Source: Alphaproteobacteria bacterium (GTDB lineage: Bacteria; Pseudomonadota; Alphaproteobacteria; CAAHEQ01; UBA3637). Taken from it: a DNA stretch of 64,000 nt. The stretch covers positions 169,944-233,943 of the forward strand of contig JAZUQR010000027.1 in NCBI GenBank assembly GCA_045605805.1. Reading direction: 5' to 3'. Made by a program: the position numbers and the translations under genes. Of the stretch, positions 58,070 through 64,000 are shown one piece after another. Within the stretch, counting starts at the first letter, position 1, and every line of letters starts with the position of its first letter. A model generated the notes under the pieces. The model did no database searches, was not told the origin of the DNA, and was given only the letters and a program-made list of their open reading frames with translations.

Positions 58070-59824
58070 ATGCGTTCAAAATCAATATCAAAAGTGCTTT
58101 TGTGGGGCTGTGCAGGGCTTGGTTTGCTGGCTGCCGGTGTGTTTGGATATCGGCAAATTGCAACCGAATCGGCCAAGGAAGTGGCTCAAAAGGAAGAAAA
58201 ACCTCTGTGGGTTTCTGCCATGCCTGTGCCAAAGGAAATTAATACAGGGGCCTATCTGGCCGCCTTGAACGCTGTTTTTGACGAAGATATAGAAAAGGCG
58301 GCTGATTTTTACCTGAAAGTATTAAAGGGCGACCCAAATAATCCAACAATCCAAAAGGAAGCCTATCTTTTGAACGCTATGTTGGGCAATTTTGAGGCGT
58401 TGCGAAAGGTGACATCTCAAATTGCAAATAATGAGAAGGCCGGCCTTTATACGGATTACACTCGCTTGGCCTATGCGGTGAAAGATAAAAAATGGAATGA
58501 AGCCCTTCAAATACTGGCGAATCGGAATCCAAGCCCAAAAGAGGCAAGAACCGAATCGCTTTTGAAAGCGTGGATTTATGCCGCACAACAAGATTACAGC
58601 GAATCGATTCGAATTTTGGATGAAATGGCCACACAGTTTGGTGAAAGTTTTGCCTATTATTACCATAAAGGCCTCATAGCTTTAATGGCCGGTGACGAGG
58701 TAATAGCAGACGAATCGTTTCAAAATATGGCGCAAGGCGATCTGCTAAGCGTATCGTTTTATCCGCAAATTCGGGCCTTTTATGTGTCAAAAGGCTTGTG
58801 GGGATTGGAAAATCCGTTTTTCATCCAATGGCAAGTGTTTTCGGCCTCACAACCGGCCACAGCGGAATTGTTGATGCTTGCAGGAGATAAACCAATAACA
58901 CCAGAAAAAGGAATGGCCGAAGTGTTTTATGGGCTGTCCACCGGTCAAACAGTGGCGCAAACCGGCTTTGAAAGCAGCTTGATTTTGAATGCTCTGTCTT
59001 TATATATCAATCCGAATCAGGATTTGCCTAAAATATGGAGTGCTGAGATTTTGGAAAAAATCCAAAAACCGCAACTGGCCTCTTATTATTATAAAAAGAT
59101 GAACGGGCCAATGACACAAACTTTGGAATTCAAAAAAGCAATGAACCTGATGGCATGTGGCCAAGAAAAGCAAGCACATGCTCTGTTGCAACAGCTGAAA
59201 CAAACGAATCAAAACTCCACACCGTTGTGGATGAGCTTGGCCTCAATTTATGTGGCACAAAAAAATTGGCCGGCAGCTATCCAAGCCTATACACATATAT
59301 TAGAGATAGCAGATAAATCTGATAAAGCCTTTTTGTCCGAGGTTTATTTCGCTCGTTCTTTTATATATATAGAGCAAAATGAATCCATAAAAGCTAAAAC
59401 GGATTTATACCAAGCAATAGAAATGAATCCTAAAAACCCGATTTTATTAAATCATCTGGGGTATATGCTGTTGGAAAAGGGGGAGGAGCTGGAAAAAGCC
59501 TTCTATTTCATAGAAAAAGCCTATCAAATCAAACCTAACGATCCGCACATTTTGGACAGTATGGCCTATGCTCATTTGAAAAAGGGAAATAAAGCCAAGG
59601 CCTTACCATTTGCGGAACGGGCGGTGGATAGAATGCCTCAAAGTTCTGTGACGAATATGCATTTGGGGGAAATCTACGAATCGCTTGGGCGTTTTCGGGA
59701 AGCAGGTTATCAATATGACAAGGCGTTGGCCCTAAAATATGATATGACACCCGCTCTAAAAGAAGAAATTTTACAAAAAATGGCAAAAAACAAAGTTCTT
59801 TCAAAAAAAAGTGAACACAGATAA
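58070..59824 (+). CDS. Membrane-anchored TPR-repeat protein
   Basis: TGAYLAA, LNHLGY, ILDSMAY, HLGEIY TPR motifs; divergent from UDG. Start at ATG 58070. Confidence 0.85.
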   Translation: MRSKSISKVLLWGCAGLGLLAAGVFGYRQIATESAKEVAQKEEKPLWVSAMPVPKEINTGAYLAALNAVFDEDIEKAADFYLKVLKGDPNNPTIQKEAYLLNAMLGNFEALRKVTSQIANNEKAGLYTDYTRLAYAVKDKKWNEALQILANRNPSPKEARTESLLKAWIYAAQQDYSESIRILDEMATQFGESFAYYYHKGLIALMAGDEVIADESFQNMAQGDLLSVSFYPQIRAFYVSKGLWGLENPFFIQWQVFSASQPATAELLMLAGDKPITPEKGMAEVFYGLSTGQTVAQTGFESSLILNALSLYINPNQDLPKIWSAEILEKIQKPQLASYYYKKMNGPMTQTLEFKKAMNLMACGQEKQAHALLQQLKQTNQNSTPLWMSLASIYVAQKNWPAAIQAYTHILEIADKSDKAFLSEVYFARSFIYIEQNESIKAKTDLYQAIEMNPKNPILLNHLGYMLLEKGEELEKAFYFIEKAYQIKPNDPHILDSMAYAHLKKGNKAKALPFAERAVDRMPQSSVTNMHLGEIYESLGRFREAGYQYDKALALKYDMTPALKEEILQKMAKNKVLSKKSEHR

Positions 59825-59888
59825 CCACTGAAAAATAAGGAAAAACGAACTTTTTAGAAAAAAAACTAAAAAAAGTTGAAAAAAGTGC

Positions 59889-59917
59889 TTGACATTGTTT
59901 TAATCTTCTGGTAGAAT
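59889..59917 (+). promoter_or_regulatory. rRNA operon promoter
   Basis: TTGACA-17 bp-TAGAAT with extended TG and A-tract UP element. Confidence 0.85.
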
Positions 59918-60149
59918 AGCTTCACTTTCGGAAAACGGAAGGGTTGTTAAAAGAAGTCAATACGAAATATAGAAACGGATGCACGGACGGTCGTTGGTCG
60001 TTATAGATTATAGGGCTGTTGTGCATCAGGAAACTATAAAAACGGAAAGTGTACATAACATGTAGATGGTAAGTTTTTGTAGGGTTTCTGTTATACTACT
60101 TTATAGTAAGTAATTATGATGCACAGGACAGCTACTCAAAAGATTTTTA

Positions 60150-61634
<1,485 letters not shown>

Positions 61635-61712
61635 CAAAGAGAAAGAAAAGTTCAAGAGATTGAACTTCAAAGGGTCAAGGATCGTCCTTGCATCTGTTTC
61701 TAATACCGCAAA

Positions 61713-61789
<77 letters not shown>

Positions 61790-61801
61790 CTCTTGAAGTG
61801 A

Positions 61802-61877
61802 GGGGGCATAGCTCAGTTGGTAGAGCATTAGCTTTGCAAGCTAGGGGTCAGGAGTTCGAGCCTCCTTGCCTCCACCA
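61802..61877 (+). tRNA. tRNA-Ala(TGC)
   Basis: GGGGGCATAGCTCAG...TTTGCAA...GCCTCCACCA with G3:U70. Confidence 0.97.
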
Positions 61878-62159
61878 AAAGTGAAACAAACGAAGCGGTA
61901 TAGAACGACATAAGTTCCTTGAATAAACTTCAAGGTGTTGTTAGATTTTGTGAATAAGAAGTGTAACGAATATATTGATGAAAATCAGTATATGAGGTCT
62001 TTTAATAGTATTTGCATTTGAGAGTATAGCAATGTATTCCAAAAGCGAGTGCTGAGAAAGAACAAAGAGTTCAAAGAAATAAAACTTTGAGTCTTATGGG
62101 TAAAGCAAAAGGCCCATAAGATGTATGTGATTTTTTAAGATTTCACATACGCATAGAAG

Positions 62160-64000
<1,841 letters not shown>

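Overview
64 kb origin-proximal chromosomal segment of an AT-rich, apparently genome-reduced alphaproteobacterium. The assignment rests on the 16S/23S sequence, a GAAC-N7-GAAC LexA box and the rsmG-parA-parB-holA-lptE synteny. Most of the window is housekeeping: rpsO-pnp, rimP-nusA-infB-rbfA-truB, rpsB-tsf-frr-uppS, recA, alaS, thrS, tkt-fba-rpe-phoB, xseA, greA, trxB, a candidate oriC at about 35.0-35.3 kb with parS sites, dnaQ, parAB, miaA, phoR, mutS, gatCAB and the start of an rRNA operon. The most striking unexplained structure lies at the 3' end of tRNA-Ser(GCT): two integrase-less, single-gene cassettes in tandem (2240 bp and 861 bp). Each is bounded by a ~195-bp structured arm (own tRNA terminator, IHF-like sites, inverted repeats) and a 22-bp arm, and they join at a 6-bp CCGCCA core. 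Other notable items are DnaA-box/parS composite modules embedded in coding sequence, a probably defanged mazEF pair coupled to a TipN-like gene whose upstream motif recurs at greA, an orphan virB3-virB4 pair coupled to an atypical Cys-rich prepilin, a DotB/PilT-like ATPase, a short non-proteobacterial-type AlaRS, a doubled HNH protein and a catalytically degenerate UDG. All family assignments are by motif recognition only; no database search was run.
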